64,000 nt of DNA from Cetorhinus maximus (Eukaryota): positions 104,966,001 to 105,030,000 of the forward strand of contig NC_135891.1 of assembly GCF_964194155.1 (NCBI RefSeq). Direction: 5' to 3'. Below are positions 62,651 through 64,000 of the stretch, in pieces. Below the pieces are notes generated by a model. It was not told the origin of the DNA. It searched no databases and worked only from the letters and a program-made list of their open reading frames with translations. The translations under genes were made by a program, and so were the position numbers. Within the stretch, counting starts at the first letter, position 1, and each line of letters begins with the position of its first letter.

Positions 62651-64000
62651 AGAAATGTCATTCCTTTTCCAGATTCTCACTGTCTAACATAAACACAGTT
62701 TCTTTTTTTAAAAATAACTCAACATGCCAGCAACAAGGATTAAACTTATCAACTTTGCTCTCTAATTTTTCTTCAAATAATTTTGACAAGTAACTGAGCA
62801 GAATCAGAATCCCACAGAAGGACGTTTGGCCGGTACAACTGATTGAAAAGCACTCACACATCCTGAGAAATGAGGCACACTGCACATGGTCAGAGGACAC
62901 AATCCAAATTCATTCACAGTCTCACAACTCTGGTCAAAAATATCAATAAAGACCAGGCTTTTGAGAAAGACTCGAAGCAAAAAGTTTAGTGAAGGCATAA
63001 AAGACATTTCAATTGAATAATCAAATTCTGGTTTAAGTTCTTGTTTTGCACATTAGTTAGTTAGAGAGAAACCGGGAATATCTAAATGTTCCCGTTGAAT
63101 TATTTTTCCATAAAAGGATTTTTTTAGGAGAAGATCGTGCAGCGACACCCAGTGGGTGGAGAGGGCCATTGCATGCTGATGAGTTTGCCTAACCTGCTTT
63201 CCCAATAAATGTGAATAAGGAATTTATAATGAAAATAGTTGGTCGAGAAAAGAATTCAAAATTAAGGATTCAGACGTAAGGTTTTTCATAAGATGTAGCT
63301 ATCCAGTCTTATTCATTAAAACAGTATGCAATTACCGGATTTAATTTTTATGAACATTTACTTTGTTAGTAACTTCCAAATGGAATGAATTAATCACTAT
63401 TTTAAATTATTAGTGATATTTATGGTAAAAAAAAGTGGTCACGTAAATCCTGTTTGCGTTGATTTATAAGTTTAAAACGTTCGATTTCATACTACTGGCT
63501 GCTATTTTTCAGCACGAAAATTGTTCAAAATCACAAATTTGAACTCAACTGGCTACATGTTATATATCTTCATTAAAAATTATTGGGTCCACCTGGACAT
63601 TATTGCTTATTTCTTTCTGAAAAGCGCTTTAAAACACCCGTAGCAGATTTCAGTGATGACTGAAGGTCGATCTCAGCGTTTTGTTTGACAAAATGGGATA
63701 GTGTGAGCCCCTAATGCTGATGATCAAATTAGAATCGCTGTTGGCTATTTTGCTTTTTAATTTCCCTTATTCGGAGCGCCACTGCCGTTTTTCCCTAAGG
63801 AGGTATTGGCCGCTATTAATTCTCAATGAGAATATATAATACATTGTCATTTACTACCAGCAAGATGTCTGGGACATTGCATCAGACTCTCGACGCCCTC
63901 GTTATCAGTTCCGCATCTAGATCACCGTTTGCTTATGTTCTAACTAGTTTTAAGTTCAAGAATGATACAAATTAAGAATTGTTCTGGATATGTCCCACTA

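Noticed and set aside
238-63007. Most short ORFs in the six-frame track
   Set aside because: They are antisense or off-frame shadows of TE coding regions, or random AT-rich ORFs with alternative starts that have no meaning in a vertebrate genome.

Overview
This is vertebrate genomic DNA, most likely from a cartilaginous fish (inferred from the repeat families). It is mostly intron or intergenic sequence packed with transposable elements. One host gene is well supported: a minus-strand internal coding exon at 13361-13506 encodes the transmembrane segment of CBARP/BARP (voltage-gated Ca channel beta-subunit-associated regulatory protein). It is absent from the ORF track. A CpG-rich putative promoter and first exon lie at about 35.9-36.8 kb. 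Mobile elements: (1) one structurally complete but mutated PIF/Harbinger transposon (16749-20906; TIRs, 3-bp TSD, convergent Myb/SANT and DDE transposase genes), plus several other Harbinger remnants and MITEs; (2) two long CR1 LINEs with SGNH-esterase ORF1, APE endonuclease and RT, plus nested and fragmentary CR1s; (3) a Gmr1-like Gypsy LTR remnant with a tRNA-Pro PBS and SCAN-like gag; (4) an internally deleted Tigger/pogo element; (5) L2 fragments and SINEs. Two patterns stand out. First, a family of about 170-250 bp fold-back inserts with 13-14 bp TSDs carries a minimal hammerhead-ribozyme motif typical of Penelope-like element termini. Second, a LINE endonuclease ORF sits behind a tRNA-like SINE head, and the stand-alone SINE shares that head plus a LINE-type tail. 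Family names come from motif recognition by eye, not database searches.
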